Of a stretch of DNA of 64,000 bases, positions 41,669 to 58,113 are shown piece after piece. This DNA comes from the human T2T-CHM13v2.0 reference genome, Homo sapiens. The position numbers were made by a program, and so were the translations under genes. The stretch lies in NCBI RefSeq assembly GCF_009914755.1, contig NC_060938.1. One strand, 5' to 3'. Below the pieces are notes generated by a model. It was not told the DNA's origin. It made no database searches and was given only the letters and a program-made list of their open reading frames with translations. Each line of letters starts with the position of its first letter. The stretch's first letter is position 1.

Positions 41669-41914
41669 AGTACATATGTATATGTATATATTTGGTTGGT
41701 TATTAATAAGAAAAGAAGTCTTGTGATTTAGAGATTTTGTTTACCTTATTTACATGGGAATCTGATTATGCATGATTTCTTTGACATGTATGTTTTTGCA
41801 AAAGTGGAAAAAGATGGCAAAAGAGTTGAACTGCTGAATACGGGAAATGTAGGAATATTAGGAGCCTTCATGAGTACAAAGAAAATGATTTTTTAAATTA
41901 TGACTCTAAGTATA

Positions 41915-44900
41915 ACTGAACTCACTTCAGATGCATTTAGAATATTTGCATAAAAGATGATTTGATTTTGGCTGCTCCAGAAACTACTGGAAGAAGGAAA
42001 GAGTTACTAGAATTCAGATAAACCACAATGACTCGTTACTTCTCTTTGTTACTATTGGGAATCAGAGACATAGATTTTGTTGATATTAGTCATTCAAATG
42101 AAATAAGCATGAATGTGCATACATTGGCTTTGTTTTCCAAGGAGCTAACTTTTGGATACAATAGCAATTTAATGAAAATTCCTTAGAGAATAACATGATA
42201 CTTCAAACCAGACTATTTTAGAAACAAGAATAATGTTGAATTAATTAATTGATTCATAAAATGGTTATCTTCAATGAATATTGGAGTCATTCCCAAATGT
42301 GAAAGCTTATTAATATCTAATGCTTGTAGCAGTTTTATTTTGTAGAAATATGTCAATATTGATAAGTGATGATACTTTTTATTGAGGTTTACATATTATA
42401 CCTTATTGCCGTGAGTGGATGAAAAAACTTTCAGAAGGCTGAACTAGAGAACACAAGAAACTTGGGCAATAATTACACCACGTGAGTCTGAGAAATAATG
42501 AATACTGTCTACTAGGATTCACCAAACATATATCCAAGCTGATCAATTTAGGACAGTTCCACTGAGGAGATGTGAAGTGTACATTCAGCTGAAGCGTCAT
42601 CATAATTGTGTACCTTCTCAGTTATTGGGCAAGTTAAAGAGCATGATGAATGGTTGTAGTATAATAGTGTATTTACTTCTCATCTCTTGCACTAAAGACA
42701 TGTGAGAGCACGTACCACCTGCTTTGACATTGATTCCCAGGTGCATGAGTTGCTCCTCTGTTTTTAGACCACATTTGTTTTTATCCCTCCGCATATCCAC
42801 ATTGATACTGACACTGTTTCATTTTAGTTTTAGACATATGACAAATCATATCGCGTTTGAAATTGTAAGTGTATATTTCATGAAGCCTGTATTGGTGTTT
42901 TCTTCAGTGTGTTTCTGTCATATTCCAGTCCCAAGACACAAAGTATAAAACATAAAAACCTAAACTAATAGGGGCAGGAGGATACAGCTTGATGGTAACA
43001 GTGCATTAATGTATGGATAATTTTATCATATTTACATATGACTGATTATGTATCCCTTTTGCTTTTCAGTGTCTTCTCAGAAACAAGCAGCCTTGAAGGT
43101 AATTACACATTCATTTCTGTTTTGAACTATTAACTATATAGTCTGTGAAATATACTTTATGTATTGATTATTTTGTTTCAAATCCCATTCAGGCTACAAG
43201 TGACAAGAAAGATTCTGTTTCGAATATAGCCACAGAAATAAAGGATGGACAAAACTCTGGGACAGGTAATTTTGCAATACACATTTAATGTCATGTTCAC
43301 TTAGGGTAGAAGAGAACTTCTCTTCCCTGAATAAATCGCAGGGGGCTCATTGAATCTGCACATTCTGATTCAGCAGGCCTGAGATCCTGCTTTTGTAATA
43401 AGTTCTCGGGTGACGCTGATGCTGCTGGTCCTTGGCCATGATCTGAGTAGTAAGATTATATTCTTCCCCACAGTGAAATTGGCAAGAACGATTGGAGAGC
43501 AGTGCAAGATATAACAGGTTAAGGGACAGCATATTCTTGCTTTAATTCTACAGCATGTTTCCATCGTAAAGGGAAGGAGAACGAGATTAACTAATAAAAA
43601 TTATAGGCGTCAGATCATATTATTAAAACCACATGGAAGAAGTGATTGGAATAACCCATAAACAATGTAGAAACAGAACTAAGGAGACGTCTGATGTGGT
43701 AATTATTTTACTCAAGGAAGAAGGATTGAGAGGCAAGAAGGAGGGAAAAGAAGATGTTATTTATGTAATTTTGGGGTTTCTGCTGCAGAAACCTGATGGG
43801 ACTCACTTCAGATGCATTTGGAATATTTGCATAAAAGAAGATTAAATTTTGGCTGCTCCAGGAACTACTGGAAGCAGGATAGAGTGCTAGAATTGTGATG
43901 ACCCACAGTGACTCATTACCCCTCTTTGTTACTATTGGGCATCAGAGATATATGTTTTGTTGGTATTAGCTATTCAAATAGGATAATCATGAATATGCAT
44001 ACATTGGCTTTGTTTTTCAAGGAACTAACTTTTGGATAAAATAGCAATTTAATGAAAATACTTTAGAGAATAACACGATCCTTCAAACCAGACTATTTTA
44101 GAAACAAAATAATGTTGAATTCATTAATTGACTCCTAAAGTGGTTATTTTCAATGAATATCAGAGCAATTTCCAAATGGAAAAGCTTATTCATATCTAAT
44201 GTTTTTAGTAACTTTATTTTGTATCAGTATGCCAAATTTGATGTTTTATTATACTTTTTGATGAGGTTTATATATTATACCTTCTTGCCATGAGTGGATG
44301 AAGAAACTTTCTGAAGGCTAAACTAGAGGATACGAGAAATGCAGGCACATTATGACACCACAGGGGTGTGAGAAATAAGGAATATTATATGCTGGGATTC
44401 ACCAAACATATATTTAAGCTGATCAATTAGGGACACTTCCACAGAACACTTGAGAAGTGTACATTCAGCTAAAGTGCCATTGTCATTGTGTACCTGCTCA
44501 ATTGTCAGTCAAGTTTAAGAGCGTGATAAATATTTGTAGTATAATGGTATAAATCCCTCTGATGACTTACATGAAAAACATGCAGGAGCATTAATCACCT
44601 GCTTTGACATTGATTCCCAAGCGTATGAGTTGCTGCTCTGATTTTAGACCACATTTGTCCTCATCACTTGGCATATCCACATTGATATAGACACTGTTTT
44701 ATTGTAGTAATAGACATATGAAGAATAACATCACATATGAAATTGGAAGTGTTTGTTCCGTGAAGACTATACTTCTGTTTTCTACAGTGTAATTCTGTCA
44801 TGTTCCTGTCCCAATACACAAAGTAGAAAACATCAAAGCCTATGCTAATTCAGGCAGGAGGATACAGCTTGATGCTAACACTGCATGAAGGTATGGATAA

Positions 44901-46460
44901 CTTTATCATATTTACATATGAGTGATTATGTATCCCTTTTGGTTTTCAGTGTCTTCTCAGAAACAACCGGCCTTGAAGGTATTACACTCTTCATTCATAT
45001 TTTGAATTATTAACTGTATAGTCTATGAAATATACTGTATGTATTGATTATTTTGTTTGAAATCCCATTCAGGATACAAGTGACAAGAAAGATTCTGTTT
45101 TGAACATAGCCACAGAAATAAAAGATGAACAAAAATCTGGGACAGGTAATTTTGCAATACACATTTAATGTCATGTTCTCTCAAGATAGAGGAGAACTTC
45201 CCTTCCCCGAATAAATCAGCAGGGGGCTCATTGAAGCTGCTCTTTCTGATTCAGCGGGCCTGAGATTCTGCATTTGTAATAAGTTCTGGAGTGATGGTGA
45301 TTCTGCTGATTTTTGGCCATGATCTGAGTAGTAAGATTATAGACTTCCCTACATTGAAATTGGGAAGAAGAACCACTGGAGAGCAGTTCAAGACATAACA
45401 GGCTGAGGGGACAGCATAATTGTGCTTTAATTCTACAGCATGTTTCCATCAAGAGGGGAAGGAGAACAAGATGAAGTACTAGAAATTATAGGCGCCAGAT
45501 CACATTGCTAAAACCAGAGGGAGGAAGTGATCGTAATAAGCCATAAACACTATAGAAGGAGAAGTAACGAGACCGCTGATGTAGTAATCATTTTCCTCAG
45601 GGAAGAGGGATTGTGAGGCAGGAAGAAGGGAAAAGAAGTTATTTATTTAATTTTAGGGTTTGTACTGAGGAAACCTGAGGGAACTCACGTCAGATGCATT
45701 TAGAATGTTTGCATAAAGGAAGATTTGATTTTGGCTGCTCCAGGAACTACTGGAAGGAGGATAGAGTGCCAGAATTGTGATAAACCACAGTCACCTGTTA
45801 CCCCTCTTTGTTATTATTGGGCATCAGAGATATATGTTTTGTTGTTATCAGTTAGTCAAATGAGATAAATATAAATATGCATACACTGGCTTTGTTGTTC
45901 AGAGAGCTAACTTTTGGATAAAATAGCAATTTAATGAAAATACTTTAGAGAATAAAATGATCCTTCAAACCAGACTTATTTTAGAAACAAAAATAATGTT
46001 AAATTCTTTAATTGACTCCTAAAATATTTATTTTTAATGAATATTGGAGTGATTTCCAAATGAACAACCTTACTCATATCTAATGCTTGTAGCAACTTTA
46101 TTGCATGTAAGTATATCAAATTTGATAATTTTTTATACATTTTGATTAGGTTTGTATATTATACCTTGTTCCCATGAGTGACTGACAAAACTTTCTGAAG
46201 GTTAAACCAGAAAATACAAAAGTGTAGGCTCATTATTATACCACATGGGTATGAAAAATAATGAATACCATATAATAGGATTCACCAAAAAGATATCCAA
46301 GCTGACCAATTCGGGACACTTCCACTGAGGAGCTTTGTACATTCATCTAAAGTGTTATTGTCATTGTGCACCTGCTCAATTGTCAGGCAAGTCAAAGAGC
46401 ATGATGAATATTTGTAGTATAATGGTTTAAACCCTTCTGATGTCTTGTATGAAAGACATG
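41915..46460 (+). repeat. About 1.88-kb tandem repeat (about 2.4 units) carrying the 29+73-nt exon pair (34-aa ANKRD36 repeat)
   Basis: ctcac.tcagatgcattt.gaat.tttgcataaa at about 41921, 43802, 45684; exon pairs offset by exactly 1880 bp. Confidence 0.92.
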
Positions 46461-46702
<242 letters not shown>

Positions 46703-47009
46703 TGATTTTTTTAAATTTTTTTAGCTTTTTAAAAATAAAGATAGAATGTTTCTGTGTTGCCCAAGGTGGTCTGAAATGCCTGGACTTCTCAAGTGATACT
46801 TCTGCCTGAACCTTTTGAGTAGCTGAGATTATAGGAACAAGTCACTGTGCTCTTTTATGTTTTTAATATTTTATAAGTTCCTATTGATTTAAAATGCATT
46901 TTACATTTTGTTTAATAGTGCTTCCTGCTGTTGAACAGTGTTTAAACAGGTATGATTTCACAGATTTTTTAAAGTGATATGTTAACTTAGTGAATAGAGA
47001 GAATAGAAA

Positions 47010-47240
47010 CTAGTATCCGTTTGGTGTTCTCCTCTGTGCTAGACACCATATTACATGCTTAATATTTATCATGTCATGTCATCTCCACACAGTTTTACAA
47101 ACTATTTGTGCTATTATTGCTTTTTTACTAATTAGGCAACTCTGCTTTAAAGAGGTTGAAATATTGGCTCATGATTCCACAGTTAACAGGTAGTCAACCC
47201 ATGATTTGGCCATCATCCTGCCTGGCTCTCTAACCACTTC
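47010..47240 (+). mobile_element. MIR-like fragment (second copy at about 53015-53240)
   Basis: ctctgtgctagacacc...tattattgc..tttac..aggcaactctgctttaaagaggtt.aaat..tggctcatg.ttccacagtta; strand tentative. Confidence 0.45.
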
Positions 47241-49678
47241 ATTTGCCCCTAAGCATAGACGGATACAGACCTATGCAGCAGTGTGATCACGGTACTGGTT
47301 TAACTCAGATCAATTCAGAAAGTCACATTTTGTTATATATTAACTCTCTTTAGAGTGTTCCTTAGAAGCCTGGATACTCTAAAAGTTTGTCCAAATATTT
47401 TGGAAATGGCAGTGGTAACCATATTACATTTTTTTTTAACCATCAAAATTTTAAAGGCAGGCATCAGTTACCTGTGGCCACAGGACCCTAAGATTTTTGT
47501 AAGCAAGACCAGGTCAGTCCTAGAAAAAATATTATCTTACTGTGCATGGAGATTATCTAAAGATAGACCATGTTATGTTAACTATATTTAGCATATATTA
47601 AAAGGATATTTCTAATTCATTTCTCTACTTACTGCCTACCCAGTTAGGATTTCTCTTTAAGTGAGTACCCTGCCTAGTTCGCTGAAGCTTTTTCTTATTT
47701 TCTGGATTCTTTTATTTTCGTTCTATGACATTTTAATAATACTTTCTTGATTTCTTTTTACTTCTCTTCTGCTTTTCTTATGATCTTCTATTATAGTTTT
47801 CATGAACGGCAGCTAAATATTCCCCATTTTTCTATAGACAAAATCAGAGGTGCATAGAATTTCAGAATGTTAAGAAATCCTAGAGACTAAACAAAATATC
47901 CTCTAGTACTTGAATCCTTGCTTAACATCCTGATCAAGTGGTTGTTCAGGTGGAGAACCTGAAACTCAAAGAGAAAAAATTATTTGGATACAGTAAATCA
48001 GAGAAATGAGAATTGCACTCAGCTTTCTTTGTTCAAAACCCAGTCTTCTTTTACATTCTGTCATTGAGCGATTTTAGTTTTAGAAAGAGGGAGTGGCTCT
48101 AGTGAACACAGTGGAAGAGGATGAGAATGGAATGAGCTGTTGAACCCAATGAAAGTGGATAAGAATGGAATTTGCAGGGGACAGCCAAATTTGAAGAGAA
48201 ACAAACCCTTAGTTGCATGGAAATGAGGGTTTTAGGAAAAAATCCGAATTTTTGGCTTTATTACAAGTTTTATAAAGATAAGGGAATTGAAATCACAGGA
48301 TGTCGGGAGCTATCAGGAAAGGCATATTAGAATACGGCATTCAAGGAATTCTGAAGTGGTTGCTGCCTTTTTGTTTGTTTAACTGGAGGAACTGACAAAC
48401 TTCAAGGTTTTATTGAAAAATGTTAAAAGAATTTGAGCCACTGGAAATAGTCTCCGGAGCAGATAGGAATGTGGTATCATCTTCTTCCATCCCAGCTTAC
48501 AGAGGCCTTAGAATCCCTCAAGGACTAGGGAGCTGGAGATTGCTTAAGTACATAAATCTGTGACCCAGAGTGGATGTCTCTTTTTTTCTGACTCTTTTCT
48601 CAATTCTCTCATGTACATGTAGGGTAGGGCAAATGTAGGATTGGCCAGCAAACCAGCAGTGAAGCTTCATTTGGGTAGTTGGTAATATGCGTATGCTTGA
48701 GGTGGATGACTGAGACTAACTTACTTTCCAGAAGCAGAGGAATAGAGAGTTCCTACTCTCAATTATGTTAGCCCGTCTTTTGAGGAATCTGGGCTTTCCT
48801 AGGCTGAAGATGTAGATTGGAGATTGCCACGGATCCCTGCAGAAGAGGGATCCAGAAGTGGGAGCCCATAGGAAGGAAGATATTTAGATAGTGATGAATG
48901 AAATGGAGCTATAAGTACTTAGGAGGGAGACTTTTCCAGCAGTCTCTCTCTTGTGTATCTGAGTGTCTATGAAGGTTCTTAAGCTTGCTGGTTTTTGTGG
49001 ATCTGAATAAGGCAGGCTCTATATAATGACAATAATTGGATTTTAAAATTTTTAATATTTTAATCTTCTGTGAAGAATATTCCCACTAACAACCTAAAAA
49101 CATATACATTTGTACTTTGACTTTTGTACACTCAGCTTTCAAACATTTTCAGTGTTTCAGGGGGCTCCCTGTAGTGTTCTAGGGTGAAGAGAATCAATGG
49201 GCCCTCTTTAAGTACCTTACATGCTGAAGATCCAAGACTCCCATTTTCCAGTGACACAGATTAGTCTTTGAATCAGAAATAGATAATGCAGAAGAGACAG
49301 TGCCTTTTCTACCTTGTTTTAGGTTATCAGGTTTACTGCAGTTCAGTAACAAAAGTTGTGTCAGATATCAACTGGATTTTCAGTTTAGCCTTTAGGGTAG
49401 ATAATTTATAAGGACAAATTATTGTCTGGCCGTGCCGTTATAATGCCTGTCACTATTTGTTATGGGTTTAAGGGTGAGTCTGCATTGGATATTTCATAGG
49501 TTGGGAGAGGTGGAGGCAGAAATAGGTAACTGAAATGTTTTCTAAAACGGAAGCCATATCTTAATTATACCAAGAAATATTATTTAATATGCAGATAACT
49601 GATTTTCCTCAGACTTTGTTTTGCCATTTTTTTGGAGGCGACACGCATGTATAGACTGACGGTTTTTGTTTTCTTTGA

Positions 49679-49825
<147 letters not shown>

Positions 49826-52365
49826 TGAATCTCAGTTTTTATATTATTTTCTTCTAAAACTTAACAGTTGTCTACCTATCATTGTTTTATGTTAGTATTA
49901 AAACTTTTATTAGAGATAACCATTTTAAAGAAATGGGAGGGGTTAATTTTATTTTTTTTTTTACTTTGGCAAATAATAAATAGTTGATAAATTCTTTGAG
50001 AGGTGTGATCTGAAAAAAAATTGCTGGAAAATACACAGTGACAGAAAAATGATGTTTGGGAATGCTTTCCCACAAGAGAGGAGATACAAATTTTGGTCTA
50101 GGCTTATTTGAGTGTTTTTACTTTGAGTTGTATATCATATGAGTATGACTAATAATACCTCTGTTTAAATGAATCTTTAATACATCAGATGACTTATCAT
50201 AGAAATCATGGAATCACTCTGTTACACATAACATGTGGTTTCTTTTTATTTCTTGTACACATGTTTTGATATCATACACTATTTTTGCAGAGAGCTATTT
50301 CCTTATTTTTATTTGTGGCTCTATAATTAGACTAAAATCATATTAGAAATTGTGGAAATGTAACTAGACATGGTATCATGTCCATGTAGTCCCACCTATT
50401 CAAGAGATCAAGCCAGGAGAATTTCTTGAGCCCAGGAGTTTAAGACCAAGCTTGGCAATATAACAAGTGCTTATCTCTAATTTTAAAAAGTTGTGGAAGT
50501 TTAGAAATTTAAATTCTGTTCTCAAATCTGTATTAGAGAAGGTTTACACAGTGTTTTCCAAGGCTTTTTTATTTAGAGTATACTTTAAACTCTTTATTTA
50601 ATTGAAAAATATGCATTTTGTTTAAAATAACCTGTCTGATAAACAGAGACTCTTCATATTCCTATGGTCAGACTTTAATTTCACAAGGCTTTTGCATTGT
50701 AATTAAAAAGAATCCACTCAGGGTCTTTGTATCTCATTCTAAATGTCAAATTTCAGAGGCTTTTGTGCTTAGTTATTGAAAAAATAATTGTAAAGCTCCT
50801 GCATTACTACCAGCAACTTGAAACTAGAAAACCTATTTGTATGTATCCTGGAATACACAGAATAAGATCTTGCATGTAAGAAACATTTTAATAGTTTTTA
50901 ATGTGAATCAACAAACAGGTAAATGGGCTTTTTTATAATAGAATGTTACAGGTAACATAATATGCATGACATATCTAATAATTAAATCTATTAAATTTCT
51001 TGAGTGTTGAATTTATCTTTTCTTCTAATGTTGAGAATGTATAAGTTGAGGTGACATGTTGAGAAAATATGTCATATAGAAGAAAATAAAATTTAGAAAA
51101 GATGAAAAGGAAATAGGAAAGGTGGATACAGCCTGTTTTCTAATATCTTCCAACTGGAAGCTTAGATTAGGATTTTAGATTAAATTTTCTTAAATTTTTA
51201 AAGACCCAATCATTTTCTATTAAATACCTGTTTTTCAGGACATACATTACTCTTTCAAATTCTGAATAAAAATTCTTTCTCCAGCTGTTAAGTTGCTGGA
51301 ATTTTTTTTCCCTCTCTCTGTAGTAAGAATGTTTCAACTTTCAGATCAATCATCATGGTTAACTCTTGGGATGTGTTATTTTATAGTAAACAAATGAAAC
51401 TCTTTCTTACATAAGTATTTACACAAAACAAATTGTCGAGTAAATGCTAACCAGTATTATTAAGCATATATTATGAACACAAGGTTTTCTTTTAAGCTCA
51501 TATTTGATTGACTGGTCATGTCTCTTTTTTTGTTTGTTTCTCCCTCCTTCCCCTTTGTTTAAAAATGATTTACCTCAGTCTAACTTTCTCCTTGCAGCCC
51601 ACATGTCCTTAGTGTCTATTCTTTCATTTCACTTCTGTTTCTATTGTCAGCATACTTAGTTACAGCTTTCTATTTAGTAGCTATGTGTGGCCTTCATTCA
51701 TGAATCATTGCTCCGTAAGGTGGATGGTTGCTTTGTTCTGTCTTTTTTGGAAGGAGCTTAAGTTATACTATAATTTGTTTTTAGCTTTTGACACACTGAA
51801 TAGAAGCAACTTGTACTGTTTCTGATGCCAACCCATTTAAATATAGTACTACTAAAAACTACATTCTCACATTTTTTCCCACAAAATGCAATTTGTACAA
51901 ATATACATCATGCATAGCTATTTTGAAAAATAATGTGATTAATTTACTTTTTTATTATTAGTTTTATTCGGTAATACTCTAAACTACATAGGGTACATTT
52001 TTGTCCTAGTTTGTTGTGGTTAATAAAAGAAACTAATGGATATCATAGTATTTGTATAATAATCAACTGGGGTTGAAAGGAGTAACATTTTGAAAATATC
52101 TGTCTCACCAATCATAACCATCATGCCATGTGAATCTGTAGATAAGTAAATGGCAGACTTGAGGTTTGAATCTACATATGAGTGACTTCAACGTCCATAC
52201 TTTTCCTGTTAGATCATGTTGTAATGGTGGGTATTATCATTATTTTAACTTGCCCCATGTTATTCTTAAACCTATTGTGTTTTTCTTCTAGACTATTTCA
52301 AAACTATACATCCCAGAGAGAAGGATTATTTCTCTATGATCGATAGAAGATGGTAAGCTATTTGA

Positions 52366-52709
<344 letters not shown>

Positions 52710-55700
52710 TTGTGGATTATTATTATTATTTTTATAAGGATAGAGTCTTGCTATTTTGCCCAGGCTGGTCTCAAACTCCTGGGCTTCTCAAGTTATACTT
52801 CTGCCTCAGCCTTCTGAGTAGCTGGAATTATAGGAACAAGACACTGTGTTCTTTTATGTTTTTAGTACTCTGTAGTTTTCTATTGTTGATTTAAAATGCA
52901 TTTTACTTTTTCTTTCATAGTGCTTCCTCCTGTTGAAGAGTGTTTTGACAGGTATGATTTCACAGATTTTTTAAAGTGATATGTTAACTAAGTGAATAGA
53001 GAGAATAGAAACTAGTATCTGTTTAGTGTTCTACTCTGTGCTAGACACCATATTACATGCTTAACATTTATCATGTCATGTCATCTTCACACGCTTTACA
53101 AACTATTTGTGCTATTATTGCTTTTTTACTAATAATAGGCAACTCTGCTTTAAAGAGGTTGAAATATTGGCTCATGATTCCACAGTTAACAGGTAGCCAA
53201 CCCAAGATTAGACCATCATCCTGCCTGGCTCTCAAATCACTTCATTTGCCCCTAAGCATAGATGGATAGAGGCCTATGCAGCAATGGGATCACGGTACTG
53301 ATTTACATCGGATCAATTCAGAAAGTCACATTTTGTTATATATTAACTGTCTTTAGAGTGTTATTTAGAAGCCTGGCTACTCCAAAAGTTTGTCCAAATA
53401 TTTTGAAATGGCAGTGGTAACCATATTACTTTTTTTTTTAATCATCAAAGTTTTAAAGGCAGTTATCAGTTATCTGTGGCCACAGGACCCTAAGTTTTTC
53501 ATAAGCAAGACCAGGCCAGTCCTAGAAAAATATTATCTTACTGTGCTTGGAGAATATCTAAATATAGTCCATGTTATGTTAACTATATTTAGCATATATT
53601 AAAAGGATATTTCTAATTCATTTCTCTACTTACTACCTACCCAGTTAGGTTTTCTCTTTCAGTAAGTACCCTGCCTGGTTCTCTGAAGCTTTTTCTTATT
53701 TTCTGGATTCTTTTTTTTCCTTCTGTGACATTTTAATAATATTTTCTTGATTTCTTTTTACTTTCTCCTCTGCTTTTCTTAGGGTTTATGATCTTCTATT
53801 ATAGTTTTCATTTAAGGCAGCTAAATATTCCCCATTTTCCTATAGACAAAATCAGAGGTGCATAGAATTTCAGAATATTAAGAAATCCTAGAGACTAAAC
53901 AAAATATCTTCTAGTACTTGAATCCTTGCTTAACATCCTGATCAAGTGGTTGTTCAGGTGGAGAACCTGAAACTCAAAGAGAGAAAATTATTTGGATACA
54001 GTAAATCAGAGAAATGAGAATTGCACTCAGGTTTCTTAGTTCAAAACCCAGTCTTCTTTTACATCATTCTGTCATTGAGTGATTTTAGTTTTAGAAAGAG
54101 GGAGTGGCTCTGGTGAACACAGTGGAAAAGGATGAGAATGGAATGAGCTGTTGAACCCAATGAAAGTGGATAAGAATGGAATTTGCAGGGGACAGACAAA
54201 TTTGAAGATGTAGATTGGAGATTGTCATTGATCCCTGCAGAAGAGGGATCCAGAAGGGGGAGCCCATAGGAAGGTATTTAGATAGTGATGAATGAAATGA
54301 AGCTGTAAGTACTCAGGAGGGAGACTTTTCCAGCAGTCTCTCTCTTGAGTATCTGAGTGTTTATGAAGGTTCTTAAGCTTGCTGGTTTTTGTGGACCTGA
54401 ATAAGGCAGGATCTATATAGTGACAATAATTGGATTTTATAATTTTTAATGTTTTAATCTTCTGTGAGGAATATTCCCAGAGTACATTTGTACTTTGACT
54501 TTTTTACACTCAGCTTTCAAACACTTGCAGTGTTTCAGGGGGCTCCCTGTAGAGTTCTAGAGTAAAGAGAATCAATGGGCAATCTAAGTAGCTTACATGC
54601 TGAAGATCCAAGACTCCCATTTTCCAGTGACACAGATTAGTCTTTGAATCAGAAATAGATAATGCAGAAGACACAGTGCCTTTTCTACCTTGTTTTAGGT
54701 TATCGGGTTTACTGCAGTTGAGTAACAAAAGTTGTTTCAGATATCAATTGGATTTTCAGTTTAGTCTTTAGGGTAGATAATTTATAAAGACATATTATTG
54801 TCTGGCCGTGCCATTGTAATGCCTGTCACTATCTGTTACGGGTTTAAGGGTGAGTCTGCATTGGATATTTCATAGGTTGGGAGAGGTGGAGGCAGAAATA
54901 GGTAACTGAAATGTTTTCTAAAACGGAAGCCATATCTTAATTATACCAAGAAATATTATTTAATATAAGGATAACTGACCTTCCTCAGACTTTGTTTTAC
55001 CATTTTTTTGTGGAGGGGACATGCATGTATAGACTGATGGTTTTTGTTTTCTTTTAAGAAACGAACGTGCTCATTTTTGTCATATCTTTTTGCTCTGTAG
55101 GTGTCGCTACCTACTGGATAGTGTTGCACAGCCTGTGACAAAGGATAAGTTTGCTTTGGAATCTGAAGTAGAGTACTGTCTCGTGAAATTAATTTTCTCA
55201 TTCTGAATCTCATTTTTTGTATTATTTTCTTCTAAAACTTAGCGATTGTCTACCTATCATTGTTTTATGTTAGTATTAAAACTTTTATTAGAGATAACCA
55301 TTTTAAAGAAATAGGAGGGCTTAATTTTAATTTTTTTTTTCACTTTGCAAATAAGAAATAGTTGATAAATACGTTGAGAGGTGTGATCTGAAAAAAAAAA
55401 ATACATAGTGACAGAAAAATGTTGTTTGGGAACGCTTTCCCACAAGAGAGGAGATACAAATTTTGATCTAGGCTTATCTCAGTAAGTGTTTTTACTTTGA
55501 GTTGTATATCATATGAGTATGACTAATAATACCTCTGTTTAACTGAATGTTTGTTACATCAGATGACTTATTATGGGAATCATGAAATCACCCTGTTACA
55601 CACAGCATATAGTTTCTTTTTATTTCTTGTACACCTATTTTAACATCATACCATATTTTTGCAGAGAGCTATTTCTTTATTTTTATTCTTGGTTCTATAT

Positions 55701-57801
55701 AATTAGACTAAAATAATATTAGAAATTGTGGAAATTTAACTAGACATGGTATCATGTGCCTGTAGTCCCACCTATTCAAGAGATCAAGCCAGGAGAATTT
55801 CTTGATCCCAGGAGTTTAAGACCAAGCTTGGCAATATAGCAAGAGCTTATCTCTAATTTTAAAAAGTTGTGGAATATTAGAAATTTAAATTCTGTTCTCA
55901 CTCCTGTATTAGAGAGGGTTTACCCTGTGTTTTCCAAGTCTTTTTTATTAAGAGTATACTGTAAACTCTTTATCTAATCGAAGAATATGCATTTTGTTTA
56001 AAATAACAACCTGTTTGATAAGCAGAGACTCTTCATATTTCTGTGGTCAGACTTTAACTTCACAAGATTTTTGCATTGTAATTAAAAAAAAATCCGGTCG
56101 GGGTCTTTGTATCTCATTCTAAATTTCAAATTTCAGAGGCTTTTGTGCTTAGTTATTGAAAAAATAATTGTAAAGCTCCTGCATTCGTATGAGCCACTTG
56201 AAGCTAGAAAAACTATTTGTATGTATCTTGAGTACCCAGAATAAGGTCTTGCATGTAAGAAACATTTTATTAGTTTTTAATGTGAATCAGCAAACAGGGA
56301 AATGGCCTTTTTTTAATGGAATGTTACAGGTAACATAATATGCATAAGATATCTAATAATTAAATCTATTAAATGTCTTGAATGTTCTGAATTTATCTTT
56401 TCTTCTAATGTTGAGAATCTATAAGTTGAGGTGAGTTATGCTGAGAAAATATGTCATAGAATAAAATGAAAATTGGAAGAGATGGAAAGGAAATAGGAAA
56501 GGTGGATACAGCGTGTTTTCTAATATCTTCCAACTGGAAGCTTAGATTGGGAATTTAGATTAAATTTTCAAAGCCCCAACCATGTTCTATTAAATACATA
56601 TTTTTCAGGACATACATTACTCTTTTGAATTCTGAATAAAAATTCTTTCTCCAGGTGTTAAGTTCCTGGAATTCTATTGTTTTTTTTTTTTCCTCTCTCT
56701 GTCACTCTCTCTCTCTCTCTCTCTCTTTGTAGTAAGAATGTTTCAGCTTTCAGGTGAATGATCATGGTTAACTCTTGGGATGTGTTATTTTATAGTAAAC
56801 AATCTAAACTTTTTATTACGTAAGTATTTACACAAAACAAATTGTCGAGTAAATGCTACCCAGCATTATTAGGCATATATTATGAACACAAGCTTTTCTT
56901 TTAAGCTCATATTTGATTGAATGGTCATGTCTCTTTTTTTGTTTGTTTCTCCCTCCTTCCCCTTTGTTTAAAAATGATTTACCTCAGTCTAACTTTTTCC
57001 TTGCAGACCACATGTCTTTAGTGTCTATTCTTTCATTTCACCTCTGTTTCTGTTGTCAGGATACTTAGTTACACCTTTCTATTCAGTAGCTATGTGTGGC
57101 TTTCATTCGTGAATCATTGCTCCATAAAGTGGATGGTTGCTTTGTTCTGTCTTTTTTGGAAGGAGCTGAAGTTATACAATAATTTGTTTTTAGCTTTTGA
57201 CACACAGAATAGAAGCAACTTATACTGATTCTGATGCTAGCCCATTTAAATATATTACTACTAAAAACTACATTCTCACATTTTTTTCCCACAGGAAGTA
57301 ATTCACACAAATATATATCATGCATAAATATTTTGAAAACTAAAGTGATTAATTGACTTTTGATTAGTTTTGTTCAGTAATACTCTAAATTACGTATGAG
57401 TAAATTTTTGTCCCAGTTTGTTGTGGTTAATAAAAGAAACTAATGGATATCATAGTATTTGTATAATAATCAACCGGGGTTGAAAGGAGTAACATTTTGA
57501 GAATATCTGTATCACCAATCATAATCATCATCTCATGTGAATCTGTAGATAAGTAAATGGCAGACTTGAGGTTTGAATCTACATATGAGTGACTTCAAAG
57601 TCTATCCATTTTGTGTTAGATCATGTAGTAATGGTGGCAATTATCATTATTTTAACTTGCTGCATGTTGTTCTTAAACCTATTGTGTCTTTCTTCTAGAC
57701 TATTTCAGAACCATACTTTACGAACAGAAGGACTATTTCTCAACAATCTGCAGAAAAGTGTAAGCTATTTGAAACCTGACTATTGTATTATCTACTGATT
57801 C

Positions 57802-58113
<312 letters not shown>

